Shown piece after piece: positions 48,855 to 60,483 of a stretch of 64,000 nt of DNA; position 1 is the first letter of the stretch; each line of letters opens with the position of its first letter. The stretch is from Scenedesmus sp. PABB004. Taxonomy: Eukaryota. The notes under the pieces are model-generated. The model did no database searches. It saw only the letters and a program-made list of their open reading frames with translations, and was not told where the DNA came from. Position numbers and translations under genes: made by a program. Where the stretch lies: the NCBI GenBank assembly GCA_014905635.1, contig JABVCE010000011.1:992001-1056000 (forward strand). Reading direction: 5' to 3'.

Positions 48855-51800
48855 ATGAAGCCGGCCCGCCTAGCCCTGGCGCTTAGCGGCCTGCTGCTGG
48901 TGAGGCCGGGGCCGCGGCCCGCCCGGCGCGCCTCGCCTGCGCCCCCCGGCAGCGCGGCGCGGCGCGCAACGGGCGCAGCAGGGCCGTTTCAGGCGCAAGG
49001 GCCTCGCCGGGGCGCGCCGGGCGCCGCGCTTGTCCTGGCGCGGTGGCGGGCCCGCGCGCGCGGCGCGCCGCCCGCCGCGCCGCTCAGCCCCCGGCGCCCC
49101 CGCCCCGGCCGCCCGCAGGCCGCCGGCGTCGCGCAGGCCGCGCTTGAGGCGCAGGACGCCGCCGCGGCGCGCCGCGACCCCTTCACCGCGCCGCGCCGCC
49201 CGCGCGGCAGCGGCGGCGGCGCCGGCGCCGGCGCCGGCGGCGCTGGCCGTGCCGCCTCGAACCACGAGGACAAGTACGACGAGATCCTCGGGCTGAGCTA
49301 TCTCTTTTACGAGGGCCAGATGAGCGGCGAGCTGCCAAAGTGGAACCGCCTGCTCGTCGGCAAGCCGGGCGGCTACAAGAAGTCGGCGCACCTCAAGGAC
49401 GGCTCCGACATCGGCGTCAACCTCTCCGGCGGCTTCTACGACGCCGGCGGTGCGCGGGCGCCGCGCGCGCCCGGGCGCCCGGGCGCCCCGCGCAGCGCTG
49501 CCAGCGCGCGCGCGCGCGCCGCCGCCGGCGCAGCAGCCGCCCACACCGCCCGCCCGCCCGCCGCCGCCGCCGGCGCCGCTGCCGCGCAGACTACCTGAAG
49601 TGCCCCCACGCGCTCGCGTGGACGATGGCTAACCTCGGCCTGTCGATGATGGAGTTCCGTGACGCCTATGTCACGGCCAACCAGTGGGACATCGCTGTGC
49701 GCGTGCTCAAGTGGGGCCTCGACTGGCTGGTCAAGGCGCACGTCAAGGCCTCCGACGAGCCCGCCGGCAACGCCTTCGTCGGCCAGGCGCGCCCTCCCAC
49801 GCCGCCCGCGCCGCGCCGCCCGCGCCCGCGCCCGCGCCGAGCACGCCGCGCCAGCGCGTTCGCCGCCCACGCCGCGCCCGCGCCGCCGCCGCCCGCACCC
49901 CCCCCCCCCAGGTGTCGGCGCGGCCCGACCACTGGTACTTTGGCCGCCCCGAGCACGCGACCAACGCGCGGCCCATCTACCTCGCCGACAAGGACGCCCC
50001 CGGCGCCGACCTGGCCGCCGAGTACGCGGCCGCGTACGCGGCCGGCGCCGCGCTCTTCCGCGGCATCGGCGAGCGCGCCTACGCGGCGGAGCTGTTCAAG
50101 CACGCCAAGCAGGCCTACGCCTTCGCCAAGGCCTACCCGGAGAAGTAAGCCGCGGCCGCGGCCGCGCGCGCTCGCCGGCGGCGCCGCGAGGGGCCGACCG
50201 CTCACGCGCGCGCGCGCGCGCGCCGCTCACGCGCCCGCGCCCCCGCCCGCCGCCGCGGCACAGCTGGAAGACGCCCGAGGGCGTGTTCCAGGCGTACAGC
50301 ACGTACTGGCCCGACGGCTACACCGCGCAGTGGGCGTGGGCGGCGGGGTGGATGTGCAAGTATGACGCTGACTTCTGCGACGAGGCGCTGCAGCGCTGGG
50401 ACGACGCGATGGAGGTGCGGCGCGGCGCGGGCGGGGGGGGGGGGGGGGGGGGGGCGCACCCGGCGGCGCGCGCGCGCGCCGGCGCGCCGCAGCGCTCCCC
50501 CCTCTTGCAGCCTCGGCCCAGCGGTTGCGCGCTCGCTGCGCCCGCCCGCTCCCCCTGCCTCTCACTCGCCCCCGCGCTCACCGCCGCCCCGCCCCTGCTC
50601 CCTCCCGCTCCTCCCCGCTCCGCCATAAGATCAACAACATGAAGTACGGCCTCGGCTACGACTGGGACAGCGTCATGCCCGGTGTCGCGGCGCTGCTCGT
50701 GTCGATCGACCTGCAGCCCGCCGCCGACGTGGCCAAGACCTACCTCGAGGGCTACGTCCTCGCCAAGTGGGAGGACAGCACCTCGCTCTGCCCCAAGGAG
50801 AGCTACTCCAACGTCTGCTACACGCCAAAGGGCCTCGCCTACTACTCCGACTGGGGCACGCTGCGCAACACCGGTGCGCGCCGCAGCCGCCCGCACGCCG
50901 CGCCGCGCCGCGCGCGCGCGCCCCGCCCGGCCTCCGCGCTCCGCCGGCTGCGCGCGCGCCCGCCCGCACGCGTCCCCTCACCTCCCCTCACCGCCCCGCC
51001 CCGCTGCCCCGTCACCGCGCCCCACTCAACCCTGGACCATCTGTTAAAAGGCAACATGATGTTCATTGCCGCGCTCATGGGCAAGTACGGCGCCGAGGCG
51101 GACCGCCACATCTGCTGGACGCGCAGCCAGATGCGGTACATCCTCGGCAGCTCCACCGGTGCGCGCCCGCGCCGCCGCGGCCGCCCGGCCGCCGATACAC
51201 ACTCACCGCTGACGCCGCGCCCGCGCCCGCCCCCATCGCAGGCAAGTCGTACCTCATCGGCTACGGCCCCGACCAGCCCAAGCGCCCGCACCACCGCCAG
51301 TCCGCGTGCGCGGCGACGTACGAGGAGCCGTGCAAGGCCGTGCAGAACGGGACGTGCTGCGGCGGCGAGACCGGCGCGTCGTGCTGCAACTACGACTCCT
51401 TCATCAGCGACAAGCCCGCCGTCACCAAGGTCACGGGCGGCCTCGTGGGCGGGCCCGACCAGACCGACAAGTTCCCGGACATCCGCAACGACTACCAGCG
51501 CAGCGAGGTGGCCATGGACTTCAACGCCGGCTTCACCGGCGCCGCGGCGGGGCTCGCGAGCTTCGCGGCGAAGCGCAAGACGCGCACCTGCGGCAACGCC
51601 GGCACGGGTGCGCGCGGGACGACGCCGCCGCCGGCGTGGGCGGACTGAGAGGCCGCGCCGCGCGGGCGCGCGCGGCGCGCCGCCGGACACGCGGGCACGG
51701 CGTGGGCCCGAGCCGCCGTGCCAGGCCCCCCTCCTCCTCCCTCCCCGCTCCCTGCCTTCCACCGCCCGCCACACCGAGCACCGAGCACCCGGCAGCCTGC

Positions 51801-52226
51801 ACGCCAGCGGGGCAGCCCGCGGGGGCCGGCAGCCCCGCCGCGCCAGCGCGCGCCCCCGGCGCGCTGACGCGGCTCGCGGCCGCGGCCCCCGCGCGCGCTG
51901 CCGCCGCCCGACGCGCAGGCGTGCCCGCGTGCAAGAAGGTGACCGACTATGGGCAGTGCGGTGGCGAGGTGCGCTGCCGCTCACGCTGCGGGGCGCCGCG
52001 CCGCGCCGGTCCGCCGTGCCGGGGCCGCGCCTCGCCGCGCCACCGCCGCCGACGCCGCCGCGCCCGCGCCCGCGCCCGCGCGCAGGGCAACACCTGCCCG
52101 CCCGAGCTGGCCGGGCAGTGCAAGGACGCGCAGTGGCCGGGCATGTGCTGCCCCGCCGGCCAGGTGTGCATCAAGCGCAACAACTACTACTGGGCCTGTG
52201 TCGCGGCCGTGCCCAACGCGTCGTGA
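48855..52226 (+). CDS. Secreted GH9 endo-1,4-beta-glucanase with C-terminal CBM1-like module
   Basis: Signal peptide; LSYLFYEGQMSG, LSGGFYDAG|D, SYLIGYG..RPHHR, DIRNDYQRSEVAMDFNAGF; C-terminal YGQCGG..CCPAGQVCIKRNNYYWAC. Confidence 0.93.
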
Positions 52227-52838
52227 GCGCGTGCGCCCCGCACGCCGCCGGCGGCGGTCCGGCGGCCATTTATTGCGTCGTCTGCGCGCGCGTGGGCCTG
52301 CTGCTGCTCTTGCTGCTGCTGCCGCCGCCGCTGCGCCGGCGCCCGCGCGTCGGGCGCCGGCCGGCGAGCGCGGCGTCGTGCGCGCAACCCAAACCCAATG
52401 TGTGCTCTGAGTTTAGGACTGCCGGGGCGGCGCCCGCTGCGCACCCGTAGCGCCGCGGCCGTTCCATTCCAACGCTGTTGCGACACACAGCGCGTGCACG
52501 CGGTGGGTAGACACAGGCAGGCAGCCAGGGGCGGGCGGGCGGCGCGCGGCGACGCCGCGCGCCGGGCCGCGATTTTTGACCAGCGAGCTTACTTGAATAG
52601 GGGGTGGGTGGGGGCTCGTCGTGTGTTGTGGGAACCGCCTCTCTCGACTCGCCGCGTCTCGACTCGCCCTGCGCCCGCAGCTCCCCTCAACCGCGGCGGC
52701 GCAGCGCGCCAAAGCCCCGCCGGCGCGCCGCCCTGCCACCCGTCGCCGCGGGCGCCGCCGTCCCACTCGCACGCCGGCCCCCTCGTCGGCGCGGGGCTCC
52801 ACAGCGCGGAGAGAGAGAGCGGCGACGACAGCAGCAAA

Positions 52839-55612
52839 ATGGACAGCCTCGTCGCGGGCATCCAAAACTTCAAGGTCGAGACTGTCCTCAACGCGGTGGA
52901 CAAGTGCGTTGCCGTGGCGCGCGGGGAGGGGCCAGCACGCAGCGGCGCGGTCAGGCAGCTCCGCATGCCCGCCCTCGCGCGCCCGCTCGGCGCGGCGCCG
53001 GCCCGCCGGCTTCCCCAATTGCACGCCGGCACCGTGCTCGAGGCCGGCAGCGGCCTGGGACGGCGGCCATGGCCCGGCGCGGCGCGCGCCAACTGCCGCC
53101 GCTGCTGTCCGGCGCCGCTGCTGTCCGGCGTGCAGGTATGTGCCAGGCGCTCAAAACAAGATCAAAAACCTGGCAGATAAGGCCAAGGCGTACGTGAACA
53201 ACGTGAGCGAGCTGGAGATGAAGGTGCTGGAGGCGACCAACCACGAGCCGTGGGGCCCGCACGGCTCCGCGATGCAGGGTGCGGCTGCGCAGCGCGCCCG
53301 CGGCCCCGCCCCCGCGCGTGCCAGCAGCCGCGGCCGCGGCCGCGGCACCGCGGCAGCAGGAGCACTCATGCGCGCGCGCGCATGGAGCGCACGGTCAACC
53401 GCGCCCGCCGGCGCCGCCGCACCACGGCGCTCCTTGCTGCCGCGCGGCGCCGGCGCCGCGCAGAGATCACGCAGTCGGCCTTCAACTCAGAGGGCTTCTA
53501 CCAAATCATGGTGCGCGGCGCAGCACGCCCCGCTGGCGCAGGCGTGGGAGATCGCGGCAGCGGCAGCGCCGCGCGCGCGCAGAAGCAGGGCGTGGCGGCG
53601 CGCCCACGCCGCGGCGCCGCGCCGCGCGCCGCGCGCGCCAGGGCGTCGTCGACCAGCGGCTGTCGGAGGGCCCCGACAACTGGCGCCTCGTCTACAAGTC
53701 GCTGCTGCTGCTCGAGTATATGTGCAAGCACGGCCCCATGGTGCGCCGCCGCCGCGGCGAGCGCAGCGCCCCCCCCCCCTGCGGGCCTGCATGCACCGGC
53801 CCCGCGGCCGCGCGGCCCCGCGGCCCTCCGGCCCCGCGGCGGCGGCGGCGGCGCCAGGCCTGCGCCCGCGCCGAGCCGCCGCGTCGCCCCGGCGCGTCCG
53901 CAGGCGGTGGTGGAGGCACTGGGCGCCTACTCGCGCATCTCGCAGCTGGAGCGCCTGCGCGACCGCTTTGAGTACAAGGACCCCGCGGGTGCGCAGCGGC
54001 GGCGGCGGCGGCAGCAGCAGCGGCGGCACGCGCGGCGCGCGCGGCGTGGCGTGGCGGCCGTCGCCCCACCACAGCCGCGCCGCGCCGCGCGTCGCCGCGC
54101 CCAGGCCGCGACCAGGGCATCAACGTGCGGCAGCGCGCGGGCGCGCTCGTCACGCTCGTCAACGACCGCGACAAGCTCGCGGAGGAGCGCGACAAGGTGC
54201 GCGCACAGCGCGCGGCGCCACTGCCGCGGGGCGGCACCCGCGCCCGCGCGCGCCGCCGCGCGCCCCCGCCGCGGCCCACCGAGCTCGCCGCACCGCGCCG
54301 CGCCGCGCGCCCGCGCCGCGCCCTCGCCGCCGCGCCGCGACCCGCCAGGCCGCCAAGAACAAGGCCAAGTACGGTGGCATGTCCAGCAGCGCCACGCGCT
54401 ACGGCGGCTTTGCCGGCGGCGCCGCTGCCAGCGGCGGCGGCGGCGGCTACGGCAGCAGCAGCAGCAGCAGCGGGTATGGCGCCGGCGGCGGCGGCGGCGG
54501 CGGCGGGTACGGCGCGAGCAGCAGCAGCGGCGGCGCGTACGAGCCCGGCGGCGGCGGCGGCGGTTTCGGGCGCAGCGCCAGCGGGCGCAGCCCGCGCGCC
54601 GACGGCGCCGGCGGCGCGGCGGCGGCGCCGGCCGACCCCGTCGAGGCGACGCGGGCGCGCATCGCGCGGCTCAAGGCGGAGGGCGCGCTCGCGTCGGACG
54701 GCGCCGAGCCGGTGGGCCCGGGGCTGGAGGAGGCCGGCAGCCCGCGCAAGCCCAAGAAGCTGTCGGACGTCCGCATCAACCCCGCGATCAGCGCGGCGTT
54801 TGGCAAGGGCGGCGGCCTCGCGCCGCCGCCGGGCGCGGGCGCGAGCGGCGGCGGCGGCGCGAGCGGCGGCGGCGCGGCGGGCGGCGGCGGCATCGACCTG
54901 CTGTGCGACCTCAACGCGCCCGCAGCGGCCGCGGCGCCCGCGGCGCCCGCGGCGGCGGACGCCTGGGACGGCTTTGCGAGCGCGCCGGCGCCGGCGCCGC
55001 CGGCCGGCGGCGACGAGTGGAGCGCGTTCGACTCGGCGCCGGCGGCGGGCGCCCGCCCCGCGGCGCAGCAGCAGGTGGGCGCGCGCGGCGGCCCGCGCGG
55101 CACCGCCGCCGCGCTCGTGCCCCCGGCCGGCCGCCGCGCCTCGCGCTCACGCGCACCCGCGCCCGCGCGCCGCCGCGCCGCAGAAGCCCGCCGTGGACGT
55201 CGCCGCGCTGCTCGGCCCGCTGCCCACCACCGGCGCGGGCGGCAAGGCTCCGCTGCCGCTGGACGACTTCTGCAGCATGCCGCCGCCCGCGCACCCCGCG
55301 CCGCGGCCCGCGGCACCGCCCGCGGCTGCGGCGGCCGACCCGTTTGGGCCGTTTGTCGCGCCCGGCGGCGCGGGCGCGGCCGCCGGCTTTGCGGCCGACC
55401 CCTTTGCGCCTGCGGCGGCGTCCTCCTCCTCCTTCGCCGCCGCCGCGCCGGCGCCGGCGCCGGCGGCGGGCGGCGGCGGCGACCCCTTTGCCGCGTGCGG
55501 CACGGTGCACATGGTGCCGCAGGCGGCCAAGCACCACGCGTCGACGGGGCCCAAGCTGGGGCCTGAGACGGCCAAGGCGAAGGACCCGTTCAGCGACCTG
55601 GCCTTCCTGTGA
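52839..55612 (+). CDS. Epsin-like ENTH-domain clathrin adaptor
   Basis: ELEMKVLEATNHEPWGPHG, NWRLVYKSLLLLEYMCKHG, FEYKDPAGRDQGINVRQRA; tail with IDLL, WDGF/WSAF and several DPF motifs. Confidence 0.95.
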
Positions 55613-55669
55613 GCGCGAGCGTTTGGGCCAGGCATGCCGGGGGAGGCACGGCGCGCGCACGTGCGTGTG

Positions 55670-55674
55670 TTACA
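55670..55674 (-). terminator. TGTAA poly(A) signal of the ankyrin gene
   Basis: TTACA on the plus strand, 45 nt past the minus-strand stop at 55720. Confidence 0.6.
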
Positions 55675-55719
55675 ACGCTGCCGGCCGCCCCCGTCCCCAT
55701 CCGCCGCCGCCGGCTCGGC

Positions 55720-57601
55720 TCACGCCGCGCCCGCCTTGAGCTTGGCCAGCACGTCCGGCTCCTGGTTGAGCGGGTTGCGCTCGTCCAGCCTGCGGCGCGG
55801 CGCGGCGCGCGCGGAGGCCGGTCAGCCCGCCCGGCGGGAGAGTGAGGCAAGGCGGCGACACCGCACCACCGCCCAGCTGGGCGGCAACAGCCCGCTGTCG
55901 TGACAGGACGTGCAGCAGCCCGGCGCGCCGCTCACGTTGCGAGTTCGTATGCCGACTTGCCGGCGTCGTTCTTGGCCGCCACGTCGGCGCCAGACGCGAG
56001 CAGCAGCTCCACCATGCGCCCACGCCCGTAGCCGGCGGCGTAGTGCAGCGGCGTGTTCTCCTGCGCGGCGGGGGCGGGCGGGCACGGGGGTCGGCCGACA
56101 CGCGCGTGAGCCGCCGCGCGCGTGAGCCGCTGCCGCGTGCGCGCGCCGCCGCCGCGCGCGCGTGCCGCCGCCGCGTGCGCGCGCCTTGGAGTCGCGCGCG
56201 TCCAGCGCGGCGCCCTCGTCGATGAGCATCTTGGCAATCTCGAGATGGTTGTACCCGCACGCCCAGTGCAGCGGCGTGCGCACCTGCGCACCGGCGCGGA
56301 CACCGCGCGCGTCGGCGCGCGTGCGCCGCGCACCGCGCGCGCGGCGGGCGGCGCGCATGCCGGCGCGGCGCGCGTGCCGGCGTGGCGCGTGCGCCGGCGC
56401 GCGCGCCTCTGCGTCGCCGGCGTTGACGTCCTTGCCGATGGCGATGAAATCCTCGACCGCCTCCAGGTCGCCATACCTGCGCGCGAGGCGGGGACGGCGA
56501 TGCGATGCACGCGGTGCGATGCATGTGGTGCGACGATGCAGGGCGACGCGCAGCGCGGCGGCGGCGCCGCCGGGCCGGCGCGGCGGCGGCGGCGGGGCGC
56601 GGCGGCGGCGCCCGGCGCGGCGCCTTACTTGGCGGCGTCGAAGAGGTTGTCGATCTCGGGCACCGCCGCCGCGCCGGGCGCGGCCGCCGCGGCGGGGCGC
56701 GGCGGCGCCGCCGCCGCCGCGGCGCCCGCCGCGCTCGGCGGCGGCACGTCGCCGAGCTTCTCGCCCAGCTTGGCCAGCACCTGCGCGCGGCGGCGCGGCC
56801 GCGTCGGCCGCGCCCAGAGAGCCGGCAGCCGGCTGCCGCCGCCGCCACGGCGCAGTGCTGCAAATGGGCTCTGCCCCGCCCCGGGGCTGCTCGCTCTGCC
56901 CCCGGGCGCTCCGCGGCCCTGCTGCCCTGCGTCGCGTCGCACAGCACAGCACAGCGCACAGCGCAGTAGCACCACGGCGCACCTTGGGGTCGTTCATATA
57001 CTTCATCAGTGCGCCCATGCCGCCCGCCTGGATCTCCGCAAACATGCCAGCGAACTCAGGGTCGGAGCGCAGCTCCTGCGCGGCGCGGCGCGTGGGCGCG
57101 CGGCACGAGGGCGGCGGCGCGGCCGCCGCGGGAGGAGCGCCCGGGCGCGCGCGCGCGCCGCGCCGCGCCGGGGGGCGCGCCTGCATGCGCTGCTGCAGCG
57201 CCTGGTTCTGCATGTATGCCTGCATCTCCGCGAGCTGCTGCTGCATCTCCGGCTTCGCCATCATCTCCTGCATCTGCTTCATGCGCTCCGCCACCGCGGG
57301 GTCCTGCGGCGGCGCGCGCCGTCGGGCGCGGCGCGGCGGCGTCCAGTGGCACCTCCAGCTCAAGCCACGAGCTAGGCGCTGCCACGCCCGCCCGCTGGGC
57401 GTGGGCGGCCCGCCGGGGCGCCGAGCGCTGCAGCTGCGCTGCTGCGCGCGCCGCCGCTGCACGCGCCTTCATCGCCTCCTGGAGCTTGCTGGGGTCCAGG
57501 CCGCCCAGTCGCGCCACCACGCGGCCACGCGGGCGCGACACGGCGCCCGCAGGCGCGAAGGCGCGCGCGCCAGGCCGCAGCGAGCAAGTCGGGAGCGCCA
57601 T
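55720..57601 (-). CDS. STI1-like plus ankyrin-repeat protein (AKR2-like) with putative plastid transit peptide, 8 exons
   Basis: MALPTCSLRPGARAF..RVVAR; ELRSDPEFAGMFAEIQAGGMGALMKYMNDPKVLAKL; ankyrin repeats LFDAAKYGDLEAV, RTPLHWACGYN, NTPLHYAAGYG. Confidence 0.88.
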
Positions 57602-57817
57602 GTCGGCGATCTCGGACCGCGGCGGACTGGGCGGGGTGGCAATTGCCCGATGCGCCGGGCGCGGCCGCTCCAGCTGCAGCGGCGGCCGCGGCGCAGTCGT
57701 AACGTGCCGCTGCTGCACCGCCGCGCCCGTGGCTGCGTCTCCTCGCCCTCACACCCCCCCCCCCTCCAGCCGCCCCGCTGGCAGCAGCCGTGACCGCCGT
57801 CGCGGCCGCCGCTGCGC

Positions 57818-59611
57818 ATGCAGGGCGGCGCCGCCGCCCGCGCCGCGCTCGCGGCGGCCGGCGCGGCGGCCGCCGCCTGGCTGCTGGCGCGGGTGCGCGG
57901 GGCCGCCGGCGGCGGCGGCGGCGGCGCCCTGGCCGCTGCCGCGCGCAAGCTCACGCACGGCTGCGCCCGCCCGACCACGCATGCGCAGGCGCTGCGCGGC
58001 CGGCCACTGCTGCCGGCGGCGCTCGCGGGCCCGGGGGCCCGCGCGCCGCCGCCGGTCGTGGAGGGCGTGCTGGGCGCGATCGGCGGCACGCCACTCATCC
58101 GCATCGCGAGCCTGTCAGACGCGACCGGCTGCGAGGTGCGCCGCCGCGCTCGGCGGGGAGACCTCGCCCCGCGGCTCGGACCGGCCCGGCTCAGCCCCGC
58201 GCGCCGCGCGCGCCCTCCAGATCCTGGGCAAGGCTGAATTCCTCAACCCCGGCGGCAGCGTGAAGGACCGCGTCGCGGCGCGCATCGTGGCCGAGGCGCG
58301 CGCGAGCGGCGCGCTCGCGCCGGGCGGGCTCATCACGGAGGGCACCGCCGGCAGCACGGGCGTGAGCCTCGCGATGGTGTGTGCGCGCGCGCTGCGACGG
58401 GCGCTGCGGCAGGCGGGCGCGGTGCGGGCGGGCGGGCGGGCGGGCGCACACCGCCGACGCCGTCGCGCCGCGCCGCGGCGTGCGCAGGTCGCGGCAGCGG
58501 TGGGGTGCCGCTGCTTCGTGGCCATGCCGGACGACGCGGCGGTTGAGAAGGCGCAGCTGCTGGAGGCGCTCGGCGCGGAGGTCGTGCGGCTGCGCCCCGT
58601 GTCGATCACCCACCCGCAGCACCCTGTCAACGTCGCGCGGCGGCGCGCCGAGGAGACGCCGGGCGCGGTGTTTGCCGACCAGTTTGAAAACCTGGCCAAC
58701 CTCCGGGCCCACCTCGAAACGGGTGTGCGCGCGCGCAGCGAGGCGCCCCGCGAGGGCCTGGCGCGCGCGCGCGCGGCACGGTCGCCGCGACGCCGCCGAC
58801 GCCCGCCGCGCCGCGGCGCGCCGCGCGCGCAGGCGAGGAGGTCTGGGCGCAGACGCGGGGGCGGCTGCACGCGTTTGTCTCGGGCGCCGGCACGGGCGGC
58901 ACGATCGCGGGCGTGTCGGCGGCGCTCAAGGCCCGCGACCCGGCCGTGCGCGTTGTGCTGGCCGACCCGCAGGGCTCGTCGCTGTTCAACAAGGTGCGGC
59001 GGCGGCGCCGCGCCGCGCGGCGGCCGGCGGCAGCGGCCGCGGCGCGCCGCTCAGCCAGGCGTGCGCCGCGCGCGCCCGCCGCGTCCGCCGCGTCGGCGGC
59101 AGGTCAAGCGCGGCGTGCTGTACACATGGCACGAGGCGGAGGGCAAGCGCCTCGCCAACCCCTTTGACACCATCACCGAGGGCGTGGGGCTCAACCGCCT
59201 GACCGCCAACTTTGCGGCCGCGGCGGTCGACGACGCCGTGCGCGTGAGCGACCGCGAGGCGGTCGAGATGGCGGCTTACCTGCTGCGGTGCGCCCGCCGC
59301 GCGCGGCCCGCCGTGTGCTGTGCCGCCGCGCGGCCGCCGCGCCTGGCGCCACACCCCCGCCCGACGCCGCCGCCGCGGCGCCGCCGCGGCGCAGGAACGA
59401 CGGCCTGTTTGTGGGCAGCTCGGCGGCGGTCAACTGCGTCGGCGCGGTCAAGGCCGCGCGGTCGCTCGGGCCGGGGCACACGGTCGTGACGGTGCTCTGC
59501 GACGGCGGCGCGCGGCACCTCAGCAAGTTCCACAGCCCGGAGTACCTCGCGGCGCACGGCCTCGCGCCGCGCGAGGCGGGCCGGGGCCTGGGCTGGGTCG
59601 GCGAGGGCTGA
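57818..59611 (+). CDS. Cysteine synthase-like PLP enzyme (resembles the fungal Cys12/MCY1 type)
   Basis: IGGTPLIRI, KAEFLNPGGSVKDR, EGTAGSTGVSLA, FADQFENLAN, GAGTGGT, DTITEGVGLNRLTANF, DGLFVGSSAAVN, TVLCDGGARHLSKF; hydrophobic N-terminus. Confidence 0.92.
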
Positions 59612-60483
59612 GCGGCTGTGACCTGCCAAGGAGGGGAAAGGCGGCGCCGCGCCTCACCGGCGCGCCGCGCGCCGCGACGCGACGACCGTGAGCTCGGCGC
59701 CCGGGTGCCGCTGCCGCGGCCGCCGGGACGCCCGACGCGTCTGGGGGCAAGCGGCCCCGGGCGCCACACACGTGTGTGTGCGGCTAATAAGGACCACCAG
59801 CAGGCCACCTGAACAAGGTGTGCTGGCCGCGCCCGGGTTTTGCCGTCGTGCTGCTGTTGGAGCCTGCCTGCTGGTGGCGGCCGCGCGCCTCGCGCGGCCG
59901 TTCAGAAGTCGCGCGCTCCTAGTGCGTTGCGGTGCCTGTGCAGGGGGCTGCCCAGCGGGCTCCCGGGGGCAGCTACGCTTCGTTGTGTAGCGAGGTCCAC
60001 GCAAAGGGGCACGCCGCGACCCAGCATTCTCTGGGATCACCTCCCCCCGCTGCCGGCAGCGCCCGCGAAACAGCGCCTGGTGGCGGTGGCGGTGGGCGCG
60101 CAACATCGCGGGTGAGGCGGAGTTGCGGCGGTGTTGGCGGCGCGGAGTAGGGTCCAGGTTGCGCCCCCCAATGACCCGTGCACAGGGTAATGTTGTGCGC
60201 GTTGTCGGCCGCGATCTCGGGCCGCGGAGGACTGGGCAGCGTGGTGGTCCACTCAACGCTGACTGTTGTCCTGCCGCCCCAGCCGCCCGCCCGCCGCCTC
60301 GCCGCTCCAGTGAGGCGTCGGCGCATCATTCCCCGGCGACAGCAGGGCCCCTGCGGGCGCGCGCACCCGATCCAGGCATCGCTTGGGGCGGTCATGGCGC
60401 TGCAGAGCGCCAGCCCGGCCGCGGAGGCTGCGCCGGCAACGGAACTGGGCCACTGAGGCGCCGCGTGCAGCGCCTGGAGCGCC

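Noticed and set aside
50433..50454. Long poly-G and poly-C runs (also 16631-16642 and 49897-49909)
   Set aside because: Intronic homopolymers, common in GC-rich genomes and unreliable in length; no evidence of function.
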